Below are positions 39,813 to 51,384 of a DNA stretch of 64,000 nt, one piece after another. This DNA is from Podarcis erhardii (Eukaryota), in assembly GCA_964252035.1 (NCBI GenBank), contig OZ176200.1; one strand, 5' to 3'. The notes beneath the pieces were generated by a model, which saw only the letters and a list, made by a program, of their open reading frames with translations, was not told where the DNA came from and ran no database searches. Numbering within the stretch: position 1 is the first letter of the stretch; the number at the start of each line of letters is the position of its first letter. The translations under genes and the position numbers were made by a program.

Positions 39813-40070
39813 AAAATGTGTGTATGTGTGTGTGTACACACATACATGTGTATAGAGAGATCGAGAGAGATCAGAGGTCTGTATTACAGTACTGTTATTG
39901 CTTGAAGCCATTGCTAGTCATAACACATTTTAATACCACCAGTCCACTAACTGTGACCTTCCAATTCCTTTTCTCAGCTTTTTGTTTTGCTTCCTTCAAC
40001 AGTGGACACTGAGGTGCCAATCTTTGTGCTATTGTTTAATTTGCACAGCAGGATCTACACGACCAAACAG

Positions 40071-40292
40071 ATGGCTGATCTCAGTCAGGAAAATACAACT
40101 GCAAAATGTACAGAGTGTTGCACATCATTTGAACCAAGCAGTGTTGTGCTTTTTTGCCCCCGTTGCAATAATGGCACCATGAGCCCTGAACAAGCTGTAG
40201 TAGAGACCTCAGATTCACCAACTACTTCAGTGAGTGAATGTTCGGATCCCGAAGACACCTTGTCAAAGAAACAAACATCTTATTTAGCAAAT
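40071..40292 (+). CDS. STK33: STK33 first coding exon (MADLSQENTTAKCTECC...LAN, 74 aa)
   Basis: The MAD...KC..C start parallels mammalian STK33 (MADS...KCPDC). Acceptor cagcag 40046-40051, gtaagg donor 40293, phase 0. Confidence 0.85.
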
Positions 40293-41036
40293 GTAAGGAT
40301 ACTAACTTCAAAGATTTTATTTTCTTCCTGTTCCACCATCCTTCCACCACCCCAGTGTATGTTCAGATAACTTTCTCTTTTGTGAAATGCCTTTGTGAAA
40401 TCTGGCCAGTGATAGTAACGTCAGGCAAAATAGGAAAATGTAAGGATTCAAACCTATAAAGCACTCCCCTCCAGGAAAGCTGCTTACCCACTCAGCCACA
40501 GAAACAGGCAGAAGACATGGAGCATTTGCCACCCTCCAGGTGACCATGTACAATTCCAACCATATGTGGCAGGACCAAATAGGACACATAAGAAACTCTA
40601 GCCCTATGAAACAGTAGAAGTCTTGCCTGGAGAAAGTCCTAGGCTTATACTCAGACAGGGATAGGAAGCTTAAGCTTGTGCAGACACACCTGACAAAGTG
40701 CTGACCAAGCCAGTTGGGTGCTGGATGGGCAAATTACTTGCTTAATAGTGGACCTCTGCTCCATCTTCCTGTGCTGTTTTTCTTGGCTGGTTAGCTCTGC
40801 TAAGTTATTGATCATATATGCCTTGTTCCTCCCCCTCCCCCTGCCAGTTGATGGACTCCTTTACAGTGGCAGCAGTACCTGTTTCACTTGTGGGTTCCGA
40901 GAGGCTGCCCGCTTTGAATGGAACTTAAATCCCAGTAGTAGAAAAAGCATTGGCACCCCTCCCAGTTAAGACTCTCATCCTGAAGTGAGATTGAACTAGG
41001 ATGGGAGAAGAGATCCCTATCCGCTAACTCCCAGTA

Positions 41037-41393
41037 CAGTGGTGCCTCGCAAGACGAAATTAATCCGTTCCGCGATTCTCTTCGTCTAGCGGTTTTTTCG
41101 TCTTGCGAAGCAAGCCCATTGACAGCTTAGCGGATTAGCGCTATTAGCGGTCTAGCGGCTTTTAGCGATCAGCTGAGAAGCGGCTTATCAGCGGAACAGC
41201 TGATAAGCGGCTTAGCACTTAGGGAAAGGGCGGAAAAAAGCGGGGGGGAAACCGCGGGAACTCGCAAGATTTTTTCGTCTTGCAAAGCAACCCCATAGGG
41301 AAATTCGTTTAGCGAAGCGCCTCCAAAACGGAAAACCCTTTCGTCTAGCGGGTTTTCCGTCTTGCGAGGCGTTCGTCTTGCGGGGCACCACTG
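41037..41393. mobile_element. Tc1/mariner MITE, family B, CpG-rich (young)
   Basis: TA TSD; 22-bp TIR cagtggtgcctcgcaagacgaa with 1 mismatch; internal tagcgg repeats. Confidence 0.9.
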
Positions 41394-41714
41394 TAACAAA
41401 GAAATGGCAGCTGTATGAAATCTTTTTATTGAACGGCATGGCAGATGGAATAGCGTCTGAAACAAAGGCAGGCGGGATTGCCAGTCTTTGTCCCAGCGGC
41501 GGTTTGTTGCCATTGAAAACTGCATAACAGCAGGCAGAAGAGTTGCAGGTGTTATGCTCACCATGGCTTCTTCTACATGTTGGATATGCCTTTACCTGTT
41601 TAAGCAGCTGCCTGCCTGTCATCTTGCAAAGGTCTGGTAGCTCCACAGAGGAAAACCTAGAAGTGTTCTGGTGACTGCTAAGGATGAGTGGGCTGTCCAG
41701 AACTTGCCTTAGAC

Positions 41715-41852
41715 CAGCGGTTCTCAACCTGTGGGTCCCCAGATGTTGTTGGACTACAACTCCTATCATCCCTGAGCTCTGGGCTTGCTAGCTAGGGGTG
41801 ATGGGAATTGTAGTTCAACAACATCTGGGGACCCACAGATTGAGAAAGGCTG
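41715..41852. mobile_element. hAT-Charlie (URR1-like) MITE
   Basis: Long TIR cagcggttctcaacctgtgggtccccagatgttgtt; perfect 8-bp TSD ccttagac (41707-41714, 41853-41860). Confidence 0.9.
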
Positions 41853-43558
41853 CCTTAGACTGACTTATTCTCTGATCCCTCCCACACCCTGCTCAGGCCA
41901 TTTTGAGGGTGTTAGAAAAAGCATCCACTATTCCCAGAAGCCCTTTCTGCCGGTCCCCTGCCTCTGAAACGCAAGCTCCCTAACCTTCATCTTTTAAAAC
42001 CTAATAGGCATGGTGCTTTGAGCAGTGACAGCAGAGAGATGAAACGAGTCCCCCTTGCAACAACTGGGGTGACATCATGAGATCAGTTTCAGCTGATGTT
42101 GAGAATGTAGAAATGTTGAATCATTTGATTTTCTTTGAAATAATAGCTCAGATTTAATCTCACAATTTTCAAAAGTTACAATAATTGTGTGGAGAAATTA
42201 AGCAGAAGTGGTGATTGACCTAAATTTCTATTATTCCCCCGATGCTTTTTATAGAAAATATGTACAAAGGACATTTTCTTTTGTTTTCAGTCCAGTGCTG
42301 TGTACTGCATTTATTTGAGAACACAAGTATTTGAAACTTGTAGAGCACAAATCTTTAAAAGCTTTTGTTGCAAAAAAAAAAATCCCCTGAAATAAATATA
42401 CATTCAAAACAAATGGGATGGGAAAGCACTTAAGATTTAAACTCCAGAGGATTACCCATAATTTGGTCAATTAACACAAATTGGCCTCCTTAAAGTAGTG
42501 CTCTTAAAAAGCAGGATGCAAACTTTGAACAATCTCAGATAAACTTTGTTTGAACATACCACGAGTGATTTACATCTGATATAAAAAGATAATATAGTAA
42601 CCTATGATTATACTCTTTATGTCATATAATATAATCAAAAAGAATTACTTCATTTTACTATTGGCAACTGAGTTTTACATCTCGGATGGTCAGTAGAATG
42701 CATAGGATGTTTTGAAAAGCATGACCATTAACTTTAGAATTGCCATATATGAAATCCATTATTGTTATAGATTTCTTTACTTTTTTAGTGTAAGATGGAT
42801 ATTATATTAGCACAAATAATTTTAGCATCATTTTGTTCTCTTAGTTATACATTTACTTGTCTTTTTTCCAACATCAGCTACTTCATTAATTTAGTATCTA
42901 ATTGATTAACTTAATGCAAGCACTTAATACAGTGTCATTTTCTGTTAGCGTATACCAGTTGGCTGATTCACACAAAAAGAATAATTTTTTACTCTGCTTG
43001 GTTAAAAAAAAAAAAGTATTAGGCATTAGGAATTTTTTAAAACCCTAGTAATTCTAGATTCTTTATTCAGGCTGTCTAACACCAGTAGCATTTACAGTTG
43101 TAAATACAAATACATTTCCACTACTGTTTATTTAGTGGAATGCCTTATATATATTGTCCGGTATCAGTTTAAAAATGATTTTTTAAAAGCAGCCATTAGG
43201 CTCTTCTGCTTAGTTGGCTTATATAGGTGCAGCGTAAATCAGATTGCCCTATTTTATTTTAACACGGTCCCTTCCAACTCTACAATTCTATGTTTCTATT
43301 AGAATATGAATATATGAACCTGCTTTATATAAAAAAAGTTTTATTGTGAATTGTCTTGGCTATTTCTGGTTTGAGGGTGCCATACTGCTATGTAAATATT
43401 TTGGAATAAAAAAACAAAAATTGAATTGGATCATTAGTTCATCTAGCTCAGTACTGTCTCTTTACTGTGATTGGCAGTAGCTTCTCCAGGACTCAGATTG
43501 AATTTCTCCCCAGTCTTGAGACTTGTATTAAATATGGGGTCTTGGATTGACTATAAGT

Positions 43559-43757
43559 ACATAGAACATAGGAAACTGACTTTTAACAAGCCAGACCTTC
43601 CGTCCATCTAGCTCAATATTCTTGACACTGGCTAGCAATGCCTCTCTGGGTTTCAGGCAGGGATCCTCCCCAGCCCTCCCTAAAAACACCAGGGATGGAA
43701 CCCGGAACCTTTTACATGAAAAGCGTATGCTCCACCACTGAGCCATGGACCTTCCCC
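43559..43757 (-). mobile_element. tRNA-derived squamate SINE
   Basis: - strand begins ggggaaggtccatggctcagtggtggagcat with B-box ggttccatccc and ends ctatgttctatg. Degenerate copies near 6440-6585 and 43430-43500. Confidence 0.75.
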
Positions 43758-44170
43758 TGTGAAGCATGATCATCACCCTTAGGGAATGATCCCTTTTGGG
43801 ACCGTAGCTGGTGTGCTACCAGCTATCAATGCAGGATGGTTGCTGTTCAGGGTGGCTTTCGCTCTTTCAGCTGGTGCTACATGGGGGTAACTGCTCACCT
43901 GCTGCCTAGACATACTAGTCCTCTTGTAGAAAACAAGGAAATAGAGAGGCTTATTGGGAGACATGCTGCAGAATCTGGATTCTGTGAGTGAGACTTGCTT
44001 TTCAGCAAGCATTTCCTAGAAGTGAAGTAGAACATAAAAAAGCAATGCAAGCTTAAATTACATTGGAACTCCTTGTTGAAATAGATCAAATGCATCAGAA
44101 AGGAAAAAGGAATACATATGTATAAGGTGTCTATAGACTCTCTTTCTTTACACTTATTCATACTCTGACA

Positions 44171-44302
44171 CAGGGGTAGCCAATGTGTTGACTTCCAAGT
44201 GTTACTGGACTTTAATTCCCACTATCCATTACAATTGGCCATACTGAATGGGGCTGAGGTGAGTTGGAGTTCAACAACAACTACTACATTGGCTGCCTCC
44301 TG
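44171..44302. mobile_element. hAT-type MITE, diverged
   Basis: caggggtagccaat / attggctgcctcctg termini; 8-bp TSD ctctgaca / ctctatca. Confidence 0.6.
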
Positions 44303-44520
44303 CTCTATCATACATTTTGATTGTTTTGCGATCTGTTGTTTTGAAATCTAATAAGTTCACCTTTTCTAGGTCTCGTCCCACTTCATATATTTTCTCGTTT
44401 TCTTGTAATAAGTTACATATAACTTAGTGCATGTGCCGGAAGGTACATAAAATAGCATATAACCTTTTAAAACAGTGGTTTGTATTTTAATTTCATGCTT
44501 CTCTTTTTATGTCCCTAAAG

Positions 44521-44643
44521 ATGCCAAAGTCAGAACTAACAGACTCTCAGAGGAAAATGCTCATTACCACCCCAGGCATTCGTGGCAGTAATACAGATTT
44601 CAAAGTTCCTCATACGCGAATAGAAGATGGAGCAGCAATTCAG
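44521..44643 (+). CDS. STK33: STK33 coding exon (MPKSELT...KVPHTRIEDGAAIQ)
   Basis: KVPHTRIEDGAAI matches the STK33 pre-kinase motif KVPHIRIENGAAI. aag acceptor; weak donor cag|gttcat. Confidence 0.9.
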
Positions 44644-44912
44644 GTTCATAGTTCTGCATTCCTCCAGACTTTTGGTACAATTTTTAATTAGAAGATGGCA
44701 AAAATAGCTGTGTAAATAGCTGCGTTGGTCCATGGGTGGGAGAGTGGTAATGCCTGTATAAGGACCATCCTGACTGACATAATACAGTATCATGGAATCA
44801 CAGAACTGCAGATTGGTATCCAAAGGGTCACCATGTCCAACCCTCTGTAATGCAGCAATCTCAATGTCAAAAGCAAGCTTTCAAGTTTCTCAACACTCTT
44901 CATCAGGCTTGA

Positions 44913-45408
44913 TGTCAGAGACTGGGCAGAGGAGGAATGGTGGAGACCGCCTCCCCAGCCAGACCCTTCCAGAGAAAGAGGAGACAGTTCAGAATTACAA
45001 CAGGGGTTTGAGGGAATCACAGCTCAGAGGTAGATGAGGGGAAAAGCTGGGAGATAATGGGAGAGGAGGTAGAAGCACCACCGGGGGGGGGGGGACAACT
45101 GACGGACTCTGATGGACTCAGTGTCTTTAGGAAGCACTCCAGACCCCCCCCCCCGAACCCTGCAGGCATTGAAAGTAGGAGAGCAGAGAGCTCAGAGGCA
45201 GAAGGCATCTCAGTCACCATAGTGATGATGCATAATGGGAGAGGTGGAGAGGGTGGGGTTTCACTTGGAACAACACCATTACCCCAAGAGGCTGCATTTC
45301 TAAGCTTCTCTCTGTGACTATTGAATAAAAAGCATCGGTAAGAACTTTCCTTGTCTTATCCATTCCTGGCAACCTACCATGGGGGGTTTGATCCTCTGAC
45401 TCCTGACA
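44913..45408 (+). mobile_element. Solo LTR (probably Gypsy)
   Basis: tgtcag...ctgaca inverted termini; AATAAA at 45324-45329 near the 3' end. TSD only 3/5 (cttga / ctgta). Confidence 0.65.
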
Positions 45409-45487
45409 CTGTATATTCAACAAAGCAAGATGGAGGGGGCAATAAAAATGGTAATTTATTATTGTTAATCTAATATAATATTCATTC

Positions 45488-47350
45488 TTTTTATATATAT
45501 ATAAATTTTTATTAGGTTTTCACATTTTATAAAGACATACATACACAAAAAGACACAGACAAACACGTATGTAATTTCATGCCCTTACTTTCATTACCCT
45601 CTTTCTCTGACTTCCCCCCACCCCCTCTTCCTACATCCCAATTTCAATAATTATTTCAGCAAGTTCCTATCCATTATCTTACACATATTATTATTATTAT
45701 TATTGTTGTTTTAAAAAAGAAAAAACATTTTACTTAAAAACATTTAACTTTTCACTTTCCAATTCTCTTTTTCCTAAGGTCGACCCCATTTCCCTTCCCA
45801 TGAATTTCTCCCTTTAATATTACTTGTAAATCCATTTGGCCTGATAAAAGATTATAAAGTTTTAAAAGTTTTTGTTCTCCCCTCCCTTCCTACCCCGGCT
45901 TCCGTCCCCAGAGAAGCATCCCCAAAAAGAGTTCCTAGCCCGGATTCCTCACATCCGAGGCCCTTAATTCTCTGTTAGTCTCTCTCTGCCAGTTTTGTTG
46001 GTAGTCTTTTTTGTTGGTCTTCGGTTCTCGAAACAGTTCTGTCACAGTCACATCAAGTTTTCTTCCATCCAAAAAGTTTAAAAGCTGTTGTTTCTGAAGA
46101 TCAGGCCCATGCTTAAGAAGAAAGTCTCGGTCATATTTCTTTATTCTTTTAAATTCCAGTGTTCCAAGTAATCCAGGGGCTTCCTTCTTCATCTTTCTCA
46201 TCTTTTGCAGAGTTGTAATCCAAAGGTCTTCTTCTTTACTTTCTGTCAGTATAGGCTTTTGGTTGGTATTTAGTTGGTTGATATTTTCCACTTGAACTGT
46301 CTCCCTTCCTCCTTTCCTTTCCAACCCTCCTTGTGGCTCGGCTGCAGATTCTTTTTCAGGCGTGTCGTTTATACATTCGGCAGAATTGTTTGTTTTGGAA
46401 TTCAAGGTCATGAGTACTTTGCTCATAGCCGTAGTCTGCTCTTGTAAAATTCCCACGAGAAAAAACATTTTTTCTATTTCTGCCAGTAATTTTCCCTCTG
46501 CAGCCATTGTAGTGCCTCTGGTCCCCCCTAGGGGGATTCCAACTGCTCGATAGTCCTTTCCAACAGTCTGTTACTTTGTCATTTATTTACTACTTTGTTT
46601 CCAACCATCTCATTTCAAATGTATCGCTTTTAAAAGAGAGAGTTATTAGATAACAAGATTTTAACTTTGGCCGCTCGTTTGACAGCTCCTTTGACAGCTG
46701 TCAAACTCTTTGTTCTTTTTCCCTCCGGCAAGACGCTCTTTGTTCTTTTTCCCTCCGGCAAGACGCTCCCGGGTTCAGGGGGGGGGGTTTACATTAAAAG
46801 TTCCAAAATTCCTCCCTTTCTCTCCAGCACAAAATCTTCACCTGTCAGATTCATGGAAAGATCTTTTTTTCCCTGATCAGACAGCAATTTTTCCACCTTA
46901 GTTCTCCGATCTTTGCTTTAGATCGTTTGTAGATAGGGGGGGGGTGCGGACTTCCCTTTAGCACATCCCCCGGTCGTACCAAATTCAAAGCCAAGAAAAT
47001 TTAAGTCCAAATTCCCTTCTACTCACGGGTAGCTTGTTTTACAGTCCAGATTTCAGGAAGAAAGTTAGCGCTCTCCGGTCATGGCTCGTGGCTTCACTCC
47101 ACTGAGGTAGCGATCTACTCACAGCACCACGCCGCCCTCCGTACCCCTCCGTAGCCTTTAAAAAGGCTCTTCATGAGTCGGGGGGCGCTTAAGGTGCCCA
47201 CCGAGTCACCAGGTCCGCAGGCATCCACGCCTGCGGTTTCTGAGGGTCCCCGCGTCGCCGGCGCGGCAAGACCCGTCCTCAGCGGAGCCGATTCCCTCCG
47301 GAGCTCGGAGGGAATCCGCCATTCGCGTTCGTGCTAACCCGGAAGTCTCC
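45488..47350 (-). mobile_element. HAL1-like non-autonomous retroelement, full length, 1863 bp
   Basis: Perfect 18-bp TSD ctaatataatattcattc (45470-45487, 47351-47368). CpG-rich 5' UTR starting GGAGACTTCCGG; single 190-aa ORF; AATAAA then (TA)n/A tail. Confidence 0.85.
45935..46507 (-). CDS. 190-aa ORF of the HAL1-like element (putative ORF1-like protein, function unknown)
   Basis: ATG-initiated and uninterrupted, between the element 5' and 3' UTRs. Helical, charged N-terminus; no family recognised by eye. Confidence 0.5.
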   Translation of the reverse strand: MAAEGKLLAEIEKMFFLVGILQEQTTAMSKVLMTLNSKTNNSAECINDTPEKESAAEPQGGLERKGGRETVQVENINQLNTNQKPILTESKEEDLWITTLQKMRKMKKEAPGLLGTLEFKRIKKYDRDFLLKHGPDLQKQQLLNFLDGRKLDVTVTELFREPKTNKKDYQQNWQRETNRELRASDVRNPG

Positions 47351-47640
47351 CTAATATAATATTCATTCAAGCTGCTGCTTCTTTTGCATTTCTATATCTA
47401 TCAGAACAGTTTTGCTGTTCTGTTACGGTGGCATCCTCAGGTTGCTTGGCCAAAAGATCTAACGCAACCTGGTGAACACAATGGAACTAAAAAGGGCTGG
47501 AGTGGACACAGCTACAATATACAAATGGATTAATAGGATGACAAGTAGTTTACGTGATGTTAAACCCATTTTTCAAACAACAAATTGTTAGCAAAATTAT
47601 GTACTTTGTAGATACAGCACTTTTCTAGTTGGGATTCTAC

Positions 47641-47862
47641 GAACTTAAGAAGAGCCCTGCTGCCTTGGATCAAAGGCCAGTCTAGTCCAGTGCCCTGTTC
47701 CCACAGTGGCCAACCAGATGCCTATGGGAAGCCTGCAAGCAGGTCATGAGTGGAATAATGCTCCGCTACTTGTGTTCCCTAGCAAGTGCTATTCAGAAGC
47801 AGAATGTCTCTGATACTGGAGATAATATATATTGATAATAATGACTATTAGCCATTGATAGC
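47641..47862 (-). mobile_element. CR1 LINE 3' fragment
   Basis: aagaagagccctgct...tctagtccag...cacagtggccaaccagatgcctatgggaag resembles a reverse-oriented squamate CR1 3' end. Confidence 0.65.
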
Positions 47863-48644
47863 AATAACAACAGCAGCTTGTAAAGTACTTGCGGTTTTCT
47901 AAATACTGAACATACATTAAAGAAAAGGCAGCCCATACATGCAGAATAGACACGATACAAATGGAAAAAAGAAATGGGGAAGGGAAAAGGAAAGCAAGTA
48001 TTAGAGTAACTGCTCTTTCGTCAGCCAATAGATGGGGCCAGGTTGACATTCCCTCACTAAAAAGATTTCCTTGAGAGGCTGCTCCTGCTGCTTGATCATT
48101 TTGAATGCCATCATGTGCAACTTTTCCAGTTCTACAATATACTTTGCAATCGGTGGTGGCCAAAACTATGCCCTGTAATCCAGGTGCAGCCACACCATAT
48201 AAATGTATAAAGTATTATGATATGGGCAGGTTAGTTTTTTATTCTTTCCTAATGATCCCCTGGCATTCAATTTGCCTTTTTACAGCAGCAGCACACTAGG
48301 CTGATATTTTCATTGAGCTATCCACCACGCACCCAATATCCCTTTCCTGATCAGTCACCATCAGCATGTATGTAAAGTTAGGATTCTTTCGCCCCACGGT
48401 ATAAAATGGAAGACCCGTATATTTTCCCGAAAGCATCCTAGAACATTTATTTTGCAAGTGCCTTCTTTTTCAAGTGCAAAGCACACACCATTGCTGTCAG
48501 CCCCCTGCCCCTGTCATCACAATCTGGTTTTTTGATGTCCTGCAAAACTCAACATTCCTCAGTAATAAGGATTTGAATATTTAGTGAAATTCATCAGTCT
48601 TGAGGATATTTTCCTCATATATATTTGACTACTAACATAACTTA

Positions 48645-49123
<479 letters not shown>

Positions 49124-49330
49124 TGAGCTTTTATTTTTCAGACAATGATAATATTATTTATTACAAATTAATCACCACAATGCATTTATGTGCCCCAAAT
49201 TCACATTGCAAATGGTGAATGTGTTGATTTTCATGCTGCCATCAGTTTTCTTCAGCTTTCATTTCTCAGAAAACATAAGACATAATATTGTGAACAACTC
49301 TGAGACCTATGGCTAAAGGGTGATATACAA

Positions 49331-49334
<4 letters not shown>

Positions 49335-49366
<32 letters not shown>
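49335..49366. repeat. (AAT)n microsatellite
   Basis: Perfect trinucleotide run. Confidence 0.9.
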
Positions 49367-49368
<2 letters not shown>

Positions 49369-50194
49369 CTACCATTTTCAAACAAATGGTTCAAATGAAG
49401 TAAGTGGTTTTGAGCTGCCTAGTATTTTCTGAATATTTTAATTCCAGGAATTGTAATTAGATAAATAATTGCAGAATCAATTTTGTATTTATTGAGTTAC
49501 GTAGTCCTGCACCGGTTCATCACCCAACCACAGAGGGAATGCTATCAGGCACAAGAGACTCATGTTTCTACCCTCCTCTTTCCTTTTTGGTGAGAAGGCT
49601 GTGGCATATCACTAGGCCATTAGGGGAATGGAAGGCGTGCACATTCCTTTCATATCTCAATTCAGCCTGCTGTCTCTACTTGTTGGCATTTCAAGCCTGA
49701 GCAGAGGGTCAAGGCTGCATGGGGATATTTATTTATGTATGTACAGTATTTGGAGCACTTTTAGCCCACACCTCAACATACAGTTCCAAGGTGAGCTAAG
49801 TCCAATTAAAAACAAAATAACACTAGTTCTAATATATTTAAAAGAGCAGGTAAAAACTACATATCCATTAAAATACCATACATAAAGGCCTGCGAGTCTG
49901 GTGGGATTTTATTTAATACATTAAAAAAAATTATATTGGTCTCGTCCACAAGTCTCCAAAAAATTAGGACAAGTAACATCTAATTGGAATAATATAGAGC
50001 CTTTTATTCTTGGTACTCCTCTGATGGTTTCAGATGGTTTATAGGCTTGTTTTTCTGTGTATCTTGCAACTCATATGTGCCATACCTCTTGCTCTCTCTT
50101 CACTTACCTATCTGTATCTTCTTGCACATATCGGGATAGTTTTATCATTCCTCTTATGAATGTAACAACCCATGCCTACCTTGGCTTGGTTTAG

Positions 50195-50425
<231 letters not shown>

Positions 50426-50803
50426 TAGAAATCCTATAATGCAGTTAACCCAAAGGTGCAAACCATGTGTGATGATGACAGATGGTTGTGTTAGAATTGT
50501 ATTGCGGTTCAGTTCCTATAAAGTGGGGATGGGGCTTTATAGAGGGCGAGAGGGTGCTGAAGCTCCCAAGCCACCCAGTGGTGCTCTGATATAGTCCCAC
50601 TAGGAGTAAAAGACCTATGAAGAAGCTATTTATCATGGAAGTGAGTTGTGCAAAGGGTCCTTCCACATTTTTCACCTTGAATGACTCTTCTTCTTTTTTT
50701 TATTCCCCCCCCTTTTTTTTACCTTGAATGACTCTTTGAAAAGCACTTATAACCAATATCACTTTATATTTTCAGTTTTTAAATGTTGTAACATTTAAGA
50801 ATA

Positions 50804-51053
50804 CAGTTGTACCTTGGGTCCCAAATGCCTTGCAAGTCAAACGTTTTGGCTCCTGAACGCTGCAAACCTGGAAGTGAGTGTTCCGGTTTGCAAATGTTCT
50901 TTGGAAGCCGAACGTCCGACAGTGCTTCCACGGCTTCCGATTGGCTGCAGGAGCTTTCTGCAGCCAATCAGAAGCCACGCCTTGGTTTCTGAATGTTTTG
51001 GAAGTCGAATGGTCTTCTGGAACAGATTCCATTCATCCTCCAAGGTACCACTG
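50804..51053. mobile_element. Tc1/mariner MITE, family C
   Basis: TA TSD; TIR cagttgtaccttg / caaggtaccactg; internal hairpin gattggctgcag...ctgcagccaatc. Confidence 0.85.
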
Positions 51054-51219
51054 TAGTTGACTGTTCAAAAATATGAAGAATATTAATTCTTCAATCTTTC
51101 TAAAACAAAAATGTTTTTTTCTATTTTTAACTAAATATTTGAGACATTTAGATTGAAAATATATGTTAATACTTTCATATTATACACACACATTTATATT
51201 GTTTATTTCTTAATGTTAG

Positions 51220-51384
<165 letters not shown>

